DNA of 63,509 nt from Candidatus Eiseniibacteriota bacterium (lineage in GTDB: Bacteria > Eisenbacteria > RBG-16-71-46): the NCBI GenBank assembly GCA_963725865.1, contig CAVSAC010000016.1, positions 1-63,509 of the forward strand, given 5' to 3'. The translations under genes were made by a program, and so were the position numbers. The notes beneath the pieces are model-generated. The model was not told where the DNA came from and did no database searches. It was given only the letters and a program-made list of their open reading frames with translations. The first letter of the stretch is position 1, and every line of letters begins with the position of its first letter. Positions 1-11,684 of the stretch are shown here, piece after piece.

Positions 1-125
1 AGGAAGAGATTGGCCCACAGGAAACGCAGCGGTTCCAGGAAACGAGGTTTCGCATTCGGATTGATGCTACGCAGGTTGCCTGTCGTTGGAGGAGGCAAAC
101 ATGAAACATCCCCGAAGACCGGCGA

Positions 126-1899
126 CTAGTTAACCCAGGTAAAGGCCGGATATTCGAAAAGCTTGACCCCATTGGCCGAATCAAGAATGTAGAGTTTGCC
201 ATCACGAGAGCCCACCGCCAGCCTGCCCTTCGCCGAGCGCCGCGGACCGCCGTCAATCCAGTTGCCAAACGAAGTCCCAGCGTTTTTCGCCTGTGGCAGC
301 GTCGAGGGCGTATAGGTGGGAAATCTAAGTGCCAATGTAGACCACCCCGTCCTGGACATTCGCTGCCGAGTAGATGGGGTTGCTGGCCTTGAATTCCCAC
401 CTCTGTTCCCCGGTCTCGGCATCCAACGCGAGAAGGTAGCCGTCGCGGAGCTGGACATAGACGAATTTGCCGGCCACAGCCGGGGTCGCGGCCCACGGGT
501 CCGGATGTGGGGTGCTCCCACTTCAGTAAACCGGTCTTTGCATCCAAAGCGTAAATTTCGCATCGGCGGAACCGACATACACCACTCCGCCGGCCACTAC
601 TGGTGAGGAGTAGAGGAGGCCATTCCGACGGCGAAGGTCCATTTGACTGTCCCAGCAGGCGCCTTGCCGGCTTGCGGAATGTAGGCAGTCTGGGCGTTGT
701 CGCCGCGAAAGTGGCCAGTTTGCCGGTCCAAAGCTGGGCTTATGCTGGTAGAAGGAGGGGGAATTACTTCTTGGGTGGTGTCAGCAATTAGACTGGGAGA
801 CACCAGGCCATGACCAGGAGGAGGGCCACTATCATCGTGGCCAGGAACCTGTGGGATCGAACCCAGGTTCGCAGCCAACAAGAGAAGCGAGGCCTCCCGG
901 CTCGGCCACGGATCCGATCGGGCGTGAGAGAATCGAGCATTTGGGGCAATAGCGAGTGCCCTCAGCCTGAGGAAGTCCGCAGGAGGAGCAGGCCAGCTTC
1001 ATCGTGGGGCCTCGGCAGGTGTGATTTCGGCCAGACTGGCAGTCGCTCTGGCCGCGGTTGATGTGCCGCTGGCGCGGTCCCCTGCAGACACCAGACGCCC
1101 GGGCTATCGCTTTTTCGAAGTCTGCTGCAAGAGCGGTGGCGGTAACTGCGGCGGTCGCCGGGGTTTTTTTATAAGGCCTTCAGTATGACTTCATCGACGC
1201 CGGTAGGCAAAGAAGGTTCCAAGCTGCTGGTAAGTCGGGTAGGCGGTTGATCTGCTGCAGAGTAGGTTGAACTGTGTGGTGGATGTGAGGGAAGCCTGCC
1301 AGTGACCATTTGGAAGAGCAAGATGCCCAAAGAGTAGATGTCGCTGCGATTATCCAGCGAGCGTCCCTCGGCCAATTCCGGTGATGTGTATTCGGCAGCC
1401 GGAAGGAGGACACCGGATTTCGCAAAGGATTGGGGGCCCTCAACGTCCAGGCAAATGGCGAAATCTGCCAGGTGTGCCTTGAGCTCCGCGCACGACACGT
1501 TCCGGGCCGCAGATCGATGATGCCCTGCGAGCTGGCATAATCGAGGACCTGGATCCGACCGAGAATTTCGGCCGTCAGCTCGAGGTCGAGCGGCTCACCA
1601 AGCCTGTCCTTGACATCTTCCATCGGACAGGAGTTCGCTTACCAGGTAGGCGACGCCGTCTTCGACGCCGAAGTCATATAGGGGCACCAGATTGGGGTGG
1701 CTGAGCTTTAGGATTCGGCTGCTTCAGTTCGAAAACGGCTGACGACGGCTTCGTCACTAGCGAAGTAGGGGGGCAGCAATCTCAAGGGCGATATCGCTCT
1801 GGTCGGTTGATGAGCTTTGAATACGGTAGCGTAAACACTGTTTTGCCCATTTCTTCATCATGTGTATTCGCCCAAGGCCGTGCCGACAAGTTGCTTCAA
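126..1899 (-). CDS. Ser/Thr protein kinase with C-terminal PQQ-like (BamB-type) beta-propeller; multiple frameshifts
   Basis: Joined across frames: TTG start after a GAGGA RBS (MKQLVGTALGEY...), then LSHPNLVPLYDFGVEDGVAYLV, ADFAI, EYTSPE...RSDIYSLGILLFQMVTGRLP, a Pro-rich linker, FRGDNAQT...VKWTF and VGSRDGKLYILDSANGVKLFEY. Confidence 0.75.
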
Positions 1900-1986
1900 A
1901 GTTATCCTCTTTCAGTCGATTGCCGAGTATCAGGTTTAGCACGATTGGTGCCCTACCACTTGACTAACTGTCGGGGACCCAGGAGG

Positions 1987-2971
1987 CTAGTCGGTAAAAT
2001 CTTGGGTGAACATCTGACCGATTCAGGCTGCTGTCGATGATGCCGATGCCAATAATGTTTCAGCTTGGGATTAGGATATTCTGTGTGCTCCGGGCTATTC
2101 ATCAAACCGCTGTGGGCTAGCTCGACGTTGGGCGCATAAGCCAGGTTTCTCGGCTGCCAGACTGAATTTCGCTTCGGCTGCAAGCATCCTTTTGTCAGGA
2201 CTGCCGGTTGTGGGTGATTCGTGAGCAAAATAAGATTTCGCGAACATCTCCCGGGAATGGTTGTGCGATGGGCCTTTTGCAGATTCTGGTCCAACACGAG
2301 GGGCTGAGTTGCTCTTCGCCCGTTCGTCGTTCACCAGGTTCATCATCTCCAGTTCCGATGCGCCATCGACCGTCATATCCTTGGGAGAGGAGAAAAGGAG
2401 CTCGAACCTCTTGTCGGAGTTGGAAAGCGAGAAGAAGACGAGCGTGTCTTCGCCTTCCTGTCTGAGATTGGCTTCGAGTTGGTGTTCGTCGACACCAGCG
2501 CAAGGAAATATTACTGCCGAGGACAGAACTCTTAATAGCAGACTGCACTCGGGAATAACGGGAAAAAGGCCAAAGGAAGAAGGAAGACAGCGATGCCAAC
2601 CAGCGTCTTCAAGGTGCCTGGCACTATCCCGGCAAGTCCGTTCAAGACGCGCATTACGGGCACGAGGCGGAGCAAAGGGTCCAGGGCCCTAGTCAGGACG
2701 CCCACCGTGATAGACGAAAGCCCCTGGGAGGACGACGTAAATGACGAGAAAAGCCCCCAGATTTACCAATCCTTGAGGAAGGAAACATAACGAGAGGCGA
2801 TTGTTCCGCCCGTGTGGTAGCCCTTGAAGGCGAAGTAGAGGGCGGCCATCATACCAATAAGGTCCAGGAGGCCACCGATGAAGCCCGCCTGATTGCTGCA
2901 ATCATGGAGACTGCGAGAATGAGAATCGCTACCCAGTCGACTACGTTGAATTGGGAACTGGAAAAATCCAC
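1987..2971 (-). CDS. CvpA-family membrane domain fused to a CAP (SCP-like) domain; frameshifted
   Basis: N-terminus FNVVDWVAILILAVSMI...GFIGGLLDLIG is CvpA-like. C-terminus MNLVNDERAK...HSREMFAKSYFAHESP...NLAYAPNVELAHSGLMNSPEH...IGIGII...MFTQDFTD* carries CAP motifs. Confidence 0.75.
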
Positions 2972-3097
2972 CCTAGATAACCTTTCCGCCTTAGCAGTTT
3001 CCGGGTCTTCATCCCGTTGGCGGCTTGATTTCGTGTGCTTCGTTCTTAGTTTGTTCTTGCTTCATTATAAGTCCGAAAATGAAGCGGCTTCCCCGGG

Positions 3098-3648
3098 TCA
3101 GCTGGGCAACGCAAGTCGCACCGGTTTATTCCTCTGCTTCCTGTCCGAGCCTGGACCGGAGATAACGAGGCACGCAAGCACCAGAACGATCACGATTGCC
3201 GTGCTGACCGAGGAGGGGCGATTTGAACGCCGCTGGAAAGGCTTGGCATCGACGACTGTGATCTGGAAGGTATCTAGCGATACTTGCCTTGAGCGCTTTC
3301 GCACCTCGATTGAGGCCTTCCAGGTGCCTGGCATTATGAACGTAGGGCGTACCGCAAATTGGCCGGGCTCGCCCTCAAGCTTGGCAAATTGCCGGACGCC
3401 TTTCATATCGTGTACCATCACGGCGGCGAAGATGACGCTGGCTTCACTCACCGGCTGGCCGCTGGCATCGCTCAAGCGAATCAGTATCTGGCTCTCTCGT
3501 GCGGCCTCGGGGTCTCCGGTTTGATGGTGTACTGAATACTAACGGGACCGGCCGCCTGCGAACTTGTGGAAGGAGCTGGCAAGCCGCGAAGCGGCTAGCA
3601 TTGCTACGAAGAGCAGAGCCGAAGCAGCGGTCTGCCTACACTTAGCAT
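3098..3648 (-). CDS. Exported FixH/YtkA-like Ig-fold protein with a C-terminal TM helix; frameshifted, ends approximate
   Basis: DASGQPVSEASVIFAAVMVHDM...GEPGQF...FIMPGTWKASIEV pattern; hydrophobic N-terminus in an upstream frame; C-terminal hydrophobic stretch. Confidence 0.5.
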
Positions 3649-3810
3649 GGCTCTGAAGGCCTTTCGGTATTCCTGGACGGTCGCTCTGCCTCGAATGTCA
3701 GATATTGAAAAGGATGGTAAGGCAGTCGCCGTCCTTGACCGGGTAGGTCTTGCCTTCGAGCCTCAACTGCCCTTGTCTCCGGGCCTCAGCGATGCTTCCC
3801 AAACAACGGT

Positions 3811-4583
3811 ACGGCCACGCCATCGAGTCGGACCTGGGCAAGCTCGAGCAGCTCCGCCGCCGCGGCGCCCGCTACATGACGCTCACCCATGCCCGCCATC
3901 TCGACTGGGCGGCCTCCTCGGGCGAAGCCGGGACGGGGCCCGGCGGGCTCACGCGCTTCGGCGGCGAGGTCGTGCACGCCATGGAGCGTCTGGGCATGAT
4001 CGTCGACGTCTCCCATGTCCACGAGCGCACGTTCTGGGACGTGGTCCGGATCGCGCGCAAGCCGTTCATCGCCTCGCACTCCTGCGCCGCCACGCTCTGC
4101 CCGATGGGCCGGAACCTGACCGACGACCAGATCAAGGCGGTCGCGGCGTCGGGCGGGCTGGTCGCGGTCAACTTCTATCCCGGCTTCCTCGACCCGGGCT
4201 ACTTCGCTACCGCCGGAGACACCCTCGACGCGCTGTTCGGCGACCTCGATCGGATCGAGTCCGAGTTCGCCGACGACCCGGTGCGCAAGATGGCCGAGAT
4301 CCATCGGTCCGCCCGCGGGATGCGCGAGAGCCGCGGCCCCGCGCGCGCCGACCTCGACCTGCTGGTCGCGCACCTGCGCCACATGGTCGAGCTGGCGGGC
4401 GACGACCACGTCGCGCTCGGATCGGACTTCGACGGGGTGCCCGACCTGCCCCGCGACGTGCCGGACTGCTCGGCCTGCATCCCCGCATCCTGGAACGCCT
4501 CGCCCGGAGCGGGCTGAGCGAGGATGCGGTGCGGAGGATCGCCGGGGAACTTCCTGAGGGTGCTCGCGGCGAACGACGGCTGA
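3811..4583 (+). CDS. Membrane dipeptidase (peptidase M19), 5'-truncated at the compositional junction; one frameshift near 4475
   Basis: GHAIESDLGKLEQLRRRGARYMTLTH, GLTRFGGEVV, IVDVSH, IASHS, RNLTDDQIKA, HVALGSDFDG, GNFLRVL; the N-terminal metal-binding part is absent. Confidence 0.85.
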
Positions 4584-4632
4584 TCGCGACGCGAAGGGCT
4601 GCCGGGGCCGTGGAGGCGCGGCGCGTCCACAC

Positions 4633-6206
4633 CTAGACCGGCTGGTGCTCGGGCCGCAGCAGGTCGAGCACCGTCTTGACCGGGTTGAAGACCGCGAGCG
4701 GCACCTCGACGAACACCGTGAGCCATTCCGCCATGGCGCCGTTCCACAGGCCGGGCCGCTCGAGCGCGAGCAGGTCCCTCCCGCCGGCGCTCTTGCGCGC
4801 GACCATCGCGGCGCCCGGGTCCACGTAGGCGCGCGAGCCGGTAGGCGCTGCCGTCCGCGCGCCGCAGCGAGCAGGCGAAGAACACCGGGTTGAAGTGCGT
4901 CGCGCCTGCGAGCGATCGCGGCCTGGCCGCCTGAGCGCGCGTCCACCTGCGCCGACTCGACGATCTGGCGGCGTCACGCGGCCGTCCGCGCCGCGCACCC
5001 AGAACGGGCCGCCGCCGGGTTCGCCGGTGTTGGGCACCATGCCGCAGACGCGCAGCGGCCGGTCGAGCCACGCGGCCAGCCCGGCGCGCGACGCCGGCGC
5101 CGCCGGCTCGCCGAGCGCCCCGAGCGCGAACGCGCGCGCGTCCGCCTCGGCCGCGGCGTCGCCGCCGTTCGCGAGCCGCGCCCGCAGCCGCTCCGCGCGC
5201 TCGCGCATCTCCGCCGCGAGGCCGACGAGCGCCCGGCTCCAGCGCAGCGACTCGGCGCGCAGCCGCCCGGCCGCGACGTTGTCCACGTTCTTCACGAACA
5301 CGAACTCGCCGCCCGACTCCTCGAGGTTCCGCAGCAGCGCCCCGTGCCCCGCCGGCCGGAACAGCAGCCGGCCCGCCGCGTCGCGGAACGGCCCGCCCCC
5401 GGGGTCGCCGGCGAGCGTGTCGGTGTCCGGGTGCTGCTCGGAGAACGCACACGTCGAAGGTCGCGCCCGTCGCGGCCTCGAGCGCGGGCGCGAGCGAGGC
5501 GAGCAGCGCCTCGAAGCGCGCGCGGTGCTCGGGCGAGACGGTGAAGTGCGCGCGGCAGCGGCCGGCGCCGTCGCGGGCGAGCGAGGCCGCCTCCTCGAGA
5601 TGCTCCGCGAACGCGGTCCTCGCCGCGCGCGTGCGGTTCGAATCGAGGTGGAACTCGAGCAGGCCCTTCGGCAGCCGCGCGTAGTCGAGCCCTTCGGGCG
5701 CGAGCAGGGCGTCGAGCAGGGGCCGCCACGGGCCCTCGACGCGCAGCCGCTCGAGCGACTCGCCGCGGGCCGCGAGCGCCGCCGCGAGCGAATCGCGGAA
5801 CGCGAAGCGCGGCAGGCCGTCCGCGAACGCCGCGACCGCCCTGGCGTCCGCGTCGTCGCCGGCGGCGGCCGCACGGACGGCGGCCGGCGCCAGCGGCCCG
5901 CCCGTCGCGCGCGCCGCCAGCAGCTCCTTGAACATGCGCGTCGCGGCCCCCGAGGCCGGCACGAAGGTCGCGACAGGCGCCGGCGCCGGCGGCGCGCCCG
6001 TGCGCCGCGCCCAGCGCCGTCCTGCGCCGCGCCTCGTCGAGGCGCTCGATCCCGTCGCCGATCGTGCAGGGCCGCGCCAGGTCGGCGAAACCCGGCGGGT
6101 GCGCGAGCAGCGCCAGCTGCCGCAGCGCCTCGTCCGGCGGAATCCCGCGTGCGGCGAGGTCCTCGCGGTCGGCGTCGGAGAGGTGAGGACGGTCGGTCGT
6201 GGACAT
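4633..6206 (-). CDS. DUF4301 family protein (nucleotidyltransferase-like fold); frameshifted
   Basis: FVPASGAATRMFKEL, LPKGLLEFH, FRPAGHGALLRNL, FVKNVDNV, RPLRVCGMVPNTGEPGGGPFW, THFNPV, ALERPGLWNGAMAEW...FNPVKTVLDLLRPEHQ. Confidence 0.85.
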
Positions 6207-6215
6207 GGCCGCGGC

Positions 6216-6244
6216 AGGATAGAGAGCCACCGCGACCCCGACAA
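6216..6244 (-). promoter_or_regulatory. Sigma70-like promoter for the DUF4301 gene (near-leaderless)
   Basis: Minus strand TTGTCG-N17-TATCCT, ending 9 nt before the ATG, with no SD sequence. Confidence 0.5.
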
Positions 6245-6262
6245 GCCGATCCTTCACGCGAT

Positions 6263-6409
6263 GCCGGTCGGCCGTGGAGAGGTCAGCCGGAAGGGATCGT
6301 GAGCCGACGGGCGGCAGGATGCCGCGCGTCGAGCGAACGCAGCGAAGTCGAGGGCAGGAAGCCCGAGACGAAGCGACCCTTGCGGAGGACCTCTCCACGG
6401 CCGACCGGC
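6263..6409. repeat. MITE/REPIN-like element bounded by 22-bp perfect inverted repeats
   Basis: GCCGGTCGGCCGTGGAGAGGTC (6263-6284) is the exact reverse complement of 6388-6409; imperfect pairing continues inward. Confidence 0.7.
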
Positions 6410-6415
6410 CCTCGA

Positions 6416-6496
6416 CCAGCGAGCGTCGGTCCGCGCACGCGTCCAGCGAGCGCCGGACCGCGCCCGCGTCCAGCAAGCGCAGGTCCGCGCCCGCGC
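6416..6496. repeat. Three imperfect 27-bp tandem repeats
   Basis: CCAGCGAGCGTCGGTCCGCGCACGCGT / CCAGCGAGCGCCGGACCGCGCCCGCGT / CCAGCAAGCGCAGGTCCGCGCCCGCGC. Confidence 0.85.
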
Positions 6497-6504
6497 ACGA
6501 ATCG

Positions 6505-6534
6505 TTGACGCGCCGGCCGGCACGCGCCTAGAGT
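6505..6534 (+). promoter_or_regulatory. Sigma70-like promoter for the OPT operon
   Basis: TTGACG-N18-TAGAGT, followed by a GAGGAG RBS and the GTG at 6585. Confidence 0.5.
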
Positions 6535-6584
6535 CGCCGCGCAATCTCGACGCTGCGCCTGCCGATCGATCGAGGAGGAGCCCC

Positions 6585-8868
6585 GTGAGCGCTCGCCCGC
6601 CCCAGTCCCACACGTCGTTCGTGCCGTACATCCCGGCCGAGGCCCGGCTGCGCGAGTTCACGCACCGCGCGCTCATCCTCGGCACGCTGCTGGGCATGGT
6701 CTTCGGCGCCTCGTCGCTCTACCTGGTGCTCAAGGTCGGCCTGACGGTCAGCGCCTCGATCCCGGTGGCGGTGATCTCGATCACGCTCTTCCGCGTTCTG
6801 CCCACGATGTTCGGCGTCGCGACGCCACCATCCTCGAGAACAACATCGTCCAGACCGCCGGCTCGGCGGGCGAGTCGATCGCCTTCGGCGTCGGCGTGAC
6901 CATGCCGGCGATCATGATCCTCGGCTTCGACCTCGAGATGACGCGGGTCGATGCTGGTGGCGGTGCTGGGCGGCCTGCTCGGCATCCTGATGATGATCCC
7001 GCTGCGCCGCGCGCTGATCGTGCAGCAGCACGGCAAGCTCAAGTACCCCGAGGGCACGGCCTGCGCCGAGGTGCTCAAGGCCGGCGCCTCGGCCGAGTCA
7101 CGCGCGGCCTCTTCGGCCGAGGCCAAGGCGGCCGCGCTGGCGGGTCCGCAGCGCGGCCTCTCGGCGCGCACCATCTTCACCGGCTTCGGCATCGGGCTGG
7201 TCTACAAGACGGCGATGGTCGGCGTTCAGGGGCTGGAAGGACGTCCCGGAGAAGATCTTCGGCGCGCCGTTCTCGGCCGGCTCCATCTCGGCCGAGATCT
7301 CGCCCGAGCTGCTCGGCGTCGGCTACATCATCGGCCCGAAGATCGCCTCCATCATGTGCGCCGGCGGCGTGCTCGCCTACCTGGTGCTCATCCCGATGAT
7401 CAAGTTCTTCGGCGAGGACATCGCCGGCCCGCTGGCGCCCGGCACCATCCCGATCGGCGAGATGGGCCCGGCGCAGATCCGCAGCGCCTACATTCTCTAC
7501 ATCGGCGCGGGCGCGGTCGCCGCGGGCGGCATCATCGCCTCGGCCGCTCGCTGCCCACCATCTGGCACGGCCTCAAGGAGGGCCTGCGCGACGTCACCGC
7601 CGCGCGCGGCGCCGCCGATCCGCACCGCACCGAGCACGACCTGTCGATGAACTTCGTGTTCGTCGGCATCCTCGCGCTGGTCGGCGGCGATCGTGCTCGC
7701 CCGCCGCTGCACATGAACCTGCTCGGCGCCATCCTGATCGTGGTGTTCGGCTTCCTGTTCGTCACCGTGTCGTCGCGGCTGACCGGCGAGATCGGCTCGT
7801 CGTCCAACCCGATCTCGGGCATGACGGTGGCGACGCTGCTGCTGACCTGCCTGATCTTCCTGCTGGTCGGCTGGACCGGCGGCCTCTACTACGTCACCGC
7901 GCTCTCGGTGGGCGGCATCGTCTGCATCGCGGCCTCCAACGGCGGCACGACCTCGCAGGATCTCAAGACCGGCTTCCTGGTCGGCGCCACGCCGCGCTAC
8001 CAGCAGATCGCGATCCTGATCGGCGCCCTGGTCTCGGCGCTGCTGCTCGGGCCGATCCTGCTCAAGCTGAACGAGGCGGCCACGGTCTACGTGCCGATCG
8101 CGCAGGTGGCGCCCGCAGGGCTCTCGACCGACGTCACGCGGCTGGCGAAGACCGAGCACCTGAAGGGTCCGCAGGCCGGCGAGGACGCCCACGCCTACCG
8201 CGTCTGGCAGAAGACCGACGACGTGGGCGCGCCGGCCGGCAAGTACCTGGTGAACGACGCCGGCCAGGCGGTCTGGCTGGTCGACCCCGGCATCAACGGC
8301 ACCTACACCAAGCGGCCCGACGGCACCGCGGTGCGCAAGTTCGACGCGCCCAAGGCCACCCTGATGTCCTACATCATCAAGGGCATCCTCGACCGCCAGC
8401 TGCCGTGGGGCCTGGTGCTGTTCGGCGTCATGATCGCGGTCGTGCTGGAGATGTCGGGCATCCCGTCGCTGGCCTTCGCGGTCGGCGTCTACCTGCCGAT
8501 CTCGTCCTCGTCGCCCATCTTCGTCGGCGGCTTGGTGCGCTGGCTGGTGGACCGCAAGCTCAGCGAAGGACCTCGCCCACCACAACCTGACCGAGGAGCA
8601 GCTGGCGGCCGAGAGCGACAAGAGCCCCGGCGTGCTGCTCGCGTCCGGCTACATCGCCGGCGGCGCCATCGCCGGCATCATCATCGCGTTCGTGGCCGGC
8701 GGCTGGGAAGCTCGATGCGCATCTCGCCGCTGGGCGACCGCGCACAACCCGTTCTTCAACGGGCCCCACGCGGACCTGCTGTCGCTGATCCCGTTCGTGC
8801 TGCTGTGCGCGCTGCTGCTGTTCACCGGCTGGGAGATGGTGCTGGCCGGCAAGAAGGCGAGCACGTGA
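6585..8868 (+). CDS. Oligopeptide transporter, OPT family; several frameshifts
   Basis: [10 protein letters not shown]...[81 protein letters not shown]. Confidence 0.9.
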
Positions 8869-11648
8869 GCGTGCGGCGGCTCCTCCGCCTGGTGGCGCTC
8901 GTGGGCGCGGCGATGTCCGCCGCGCCCGCGGCGCATGCGGTGGTGCGGGTGGACGCGCTGGCGCTACCCGACACCGGGCTGTTCGCGTCCGTCGCCCAGC
9001 GCTACCGCATGGAGCTCGAGGGGCTGGAGCGCCTCGACGGCACCGCGCGGGTGCGCGGCCTGATCCGCTGCGGCCGCGTGGACGAGGCGTGCAGCCTGTC
9101 GGTGACGCGCCGGCGCGACGGTCGCGACTGGATGCTCGCGGTCGCGCAGGCGATCCTGGCGCGCGACGGCGCGCTGGCGCCCGGGGATCGACAGGCGTTC
9201 GAGCGCCCGGATGCGACCGACGAGGAGCGCGACATCGGCTACCTGGCGATGCGCGGCTGCGACGAGCTGTTCCGCATCGCGGCCGCCACGCGCGCGATCG
9301 ACCTGGCGCCGGGCACCGGGGAGCCCACGCCGGACCTGCTGGCGGCGGGTCACCTGGCCTACGACCTTCTGGACTACGCACGGGCCGAGTCGTGCGCGAC
9401 GCGCCTGATCGAGCGCCTGCCCGCCACCGTCATCGACCTCAGGGCCGGCGCGATCCCGAGCCCGGTGGCGCGCGCGCGAACCCTCAACCTGCTGGCGATG
9501 GTGCTGCAGCGGCGGCGGGACTGGGACGGCGCGCTGGCGCGCTCGACCGAGGCGCTGGCGCTGGCGCCGTCGGGCGATGCGCTCGAGACCCTGGCGCAGA
9601 CGCTGATCCGGCTCGGCCGCACCGACGAGGCGGTGAGCGCCTGCCAGTGGGCGGCGGTGCTCGACCCCTACGCCGCGCAGTGCTCGGTGACGCCCGACCC
9701 CTCCCACGGGGGCAGCCACTACCTGCTCGGCAACGGCTACGCGCGCAGGAACTACACCGAGCTGCTCGCCGCGTATCCGCGCGCCTTCGCCGACGCGCGC
9801 GGAGGCGCCGCGCTGGCGGCCGCCGACGCCCGGCTCGCGAGTGGTGCGCGCGTCGAGGCCCGTGCGGCGTACGCCGCGGTGGTCGCCGCTCACCCGGGCT
9901 GGGCCGACGCGCGGGTGCGGCTGGCGTCGCTGGACTTCGAGGACGCGCGCTTCGCCGCGGCGATCGCGGGCTGCGGCGCCGCGCTCGCCGCCTGCCCCGA
10001 GTACGGCCGCGCGCACGCGGTGCTGTCGCGCGCACTCGAGGCCAGGCGATTCCTGGTCGACACCCATCGGCCCGGATACGAGCGTCGCTTCGCCGCGACG
10101 CCGATGCCCGAGATACCCGGCATCGAGCGCTTCGTGGTGAACTGGAAGTCGCTCTCGCCGCGGCACCAGAAGCGCGTCGCGCTCTCGGTCGCGCCGTGGA
10201 AGGCGTACCTGCCGGTGCTGATCGAAGGCGGCGCCACGCTCTACATCAAGCCCATGTACATGAGGCTCTCGGACTGCCCGGGCCAGGAGGCGCTCAAAGA
10301 CCAGCGCATCGAGTACGACTCGCGACTGTGGGACGACGTGCGCGGCTGCGGCGGCTACCGCACCGTGACCGGGATCGAGGACGTGGAGCGCACCATCTTC
10401 GACCGCTACAACACCGTGCTCCACGAGCTCACCCACCAGGTGCACGGCGTGCTGCCCGCCGACGACCGGCGCGCGATCCTCGAGCACTACCGCGCCGCCA
10501 AGGCGCGCGACGACTCGAGCCGGGCCGGCTTCCTGTCGCGCTACGCCGCCGGCAGCGTGTTCGAGTACGTCGCCGAAGGCGCAAACGCGCTCGAATCGCC
10601 GCGGCGCGACGCGTACGACCCGCGCGAGATCGTGCGCGAGCGCCTCGACGCCATCGACCCGCCGCTGCGCGCGCTGGTCGAGGGCCTGATGGCGCGCCGC
10701 GACGTGAGCGCGTCGTACCCGGTGGCCTACGTCGGGGCCGGCGACGACCGCGTCCAGCTCGGCAAGGTGGACGAGTCGCTGCCGTTCTACCGCAAGGCGC
10801 TGGCGCGCGCCCCCGCCGAGGAGAGCGCCCACGCCGCGCTGGTGAGCGCGCTGGTGCTGGGTGGGCGTCGCGCCGCGGCGCTCGCGGCCGCCGCGCAGGC
10901 GGTGGCGGCGCAGCCGGCGAGCGGCGCGGTGCGCATCGCCGCCGCACAGGCGGCGTGGCACGGCGGGCGCGGGCTCGATGCCGCGCTGACCGGCCTGCAG
11001 GCCGCACGCGCCACGATCCGCGCTGCGGACCGGCCGCCGCTCGACCTCGCGCTCGGCCGCCTGGCGTGGGTGAAGGGCGATGCCGTGTTGGCGCTGGCGG
11101 CGTACGACTCCGCGCTGGCGCGCCAGTCCGACGATCCCGACGCGCTGCGCGGCAAGGCCGCGGCGCTGGCGCTGGCCGGGCGCTGGGACGAGGCCTTCGC
11201 GCTCGACGAGCACGCGGTGCGGCTGCGCACCGGCATCGTCGACCTGCGCTGCGACTACGCCCGCGACCTGCTGCGCGCCGGGCGACTCGACGCTGCTCGC
11301 GCCCAGCTCGACGCGGCGCGGCTGCTCGACCCGGCGGATCCTGACGCCGAGGCACTGCGCGGCTGGGCCGACCTCGCGGCCGGTGCGCCCGACTCCGCCA
11401 GGGCCCACGCCCAGCGCGCGCTCACGCTCGGGCCGTGGTGCGATCTCGGCCGCATCGTGCTCGGCGCCGCGGAGCTCCGCCGCGGTGACGCGGCCGCGGC
11501 GGAGCGGGCGTGGGCGCCGGTGCGCGAGCGCATCGCGCGTGCCGCGCCGCCCGAGTACCTCTACCGCCGCGCGCTCTCCACCTGGGAGGAGGTGCACACG
11601 CTCCCGGCGGTGGAGCGCGCACTGCTCGCGGAGTGGGCGAAGCCCTGA
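8865..11648 (+). CDS. Exported TPR-repeat protein with a central HEXXH zinc-metallopeptidase domain
   Basis: GTG start overlaps the OPT stop (GTGA); signal peptide ending AHA; many TPR-like helices; YNTVLHELTHQVH...FLSRYAAGSVFEYVAEG. Confidence 0.75.
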   Translation: MSVRRLLRLVALVGAAMSAAPAAHAVVRVDALALPDTGLFASVAQRYRMELEGLERLDGTARVRGLIRCGRVDEACSLSVTRRRDGRDWMLAVAQAILARDGALAPGDRQAFERPDATDEERDIGYLAMRGCDELFRIAAATRAIDLAPGTGEPTPDLLAAGHLAYDLLDYARAESCATRLIERLPATVIDLRAGAIPSPVARARTLNLLAMVLQRRRDWDGALARSTEALALAPSGDALETLAQTLIRLGRTDEAVSACQWAAVLDPYAAQCSVTPDPSHGGSHYLLGNGYARRNYTELLAAYPRAFADARGGAALAAADARLASGARVEARAAYAAVVAAHPGWADARVRLASLDFEDARFAAAIAGCGAALAACPEYGRAHAVLSRALEARRFLVDTHRPGYERRFAATPMPEIPGIERFVVNWKSLSPRHQKRVALSVAPWKAYLPVLIEGGATLYIKPMYMRLSDCPGQEALKDQRIEYDSRLWDDVRGCGGYRTVTGIEDVERTIFDRYNTVLHELTHQVHGVLPADDRRAILEHYRAAKARDDSSRAGFLSRYAAGSVFEYVAEGANALESPRRDAYDPREIVRERLDAIDPPLRALVEGLMARRDVSASYPVAYVGAGDDRVQLGKVDESLPFYRKALARAPAEESAHAALVSALVLGGRRAAALAAAAQAVAAQPASGAVRIAAAQAAWHGGRGLDAALTGLQAARATIRAADRPPLDLALGRLAWVKGDAVLALAAYDSALARQSDDPDALRGKAAALALAGRWDEAFALDEHAVRLRTGIVDLRCDYARDLLRAGRLDAARAQLDAARLLDPADPDAEALRGWADLAAGAPDSARAHAQRALTLGPWCDLGRIVLGAAELRRGDAAAAERAWAPVRERIARAAPPEYLYRRALSTWEEVHTLPAVERALLAEWAKP

Positions 11649-11684
11649 GGGCGCGGCGGCCGGCCCGCCCGCGCGGGCCCGATG

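Noticed and set aside
6416..6496. The 27-bp repeats read as a mini-CRISPR
   Set aside because: The copies are directly adjacent with no spacers, and there are no cas genes nearby.
6951..11648. 1565-aa ORF as an OPT-TPR-peptidase fusion
   Set aside because: It is produced by frameshifts. The OPT C-terminus ends in another frame at 8868, and the TPR protein has its own GTG start and signal peptide at 8865.
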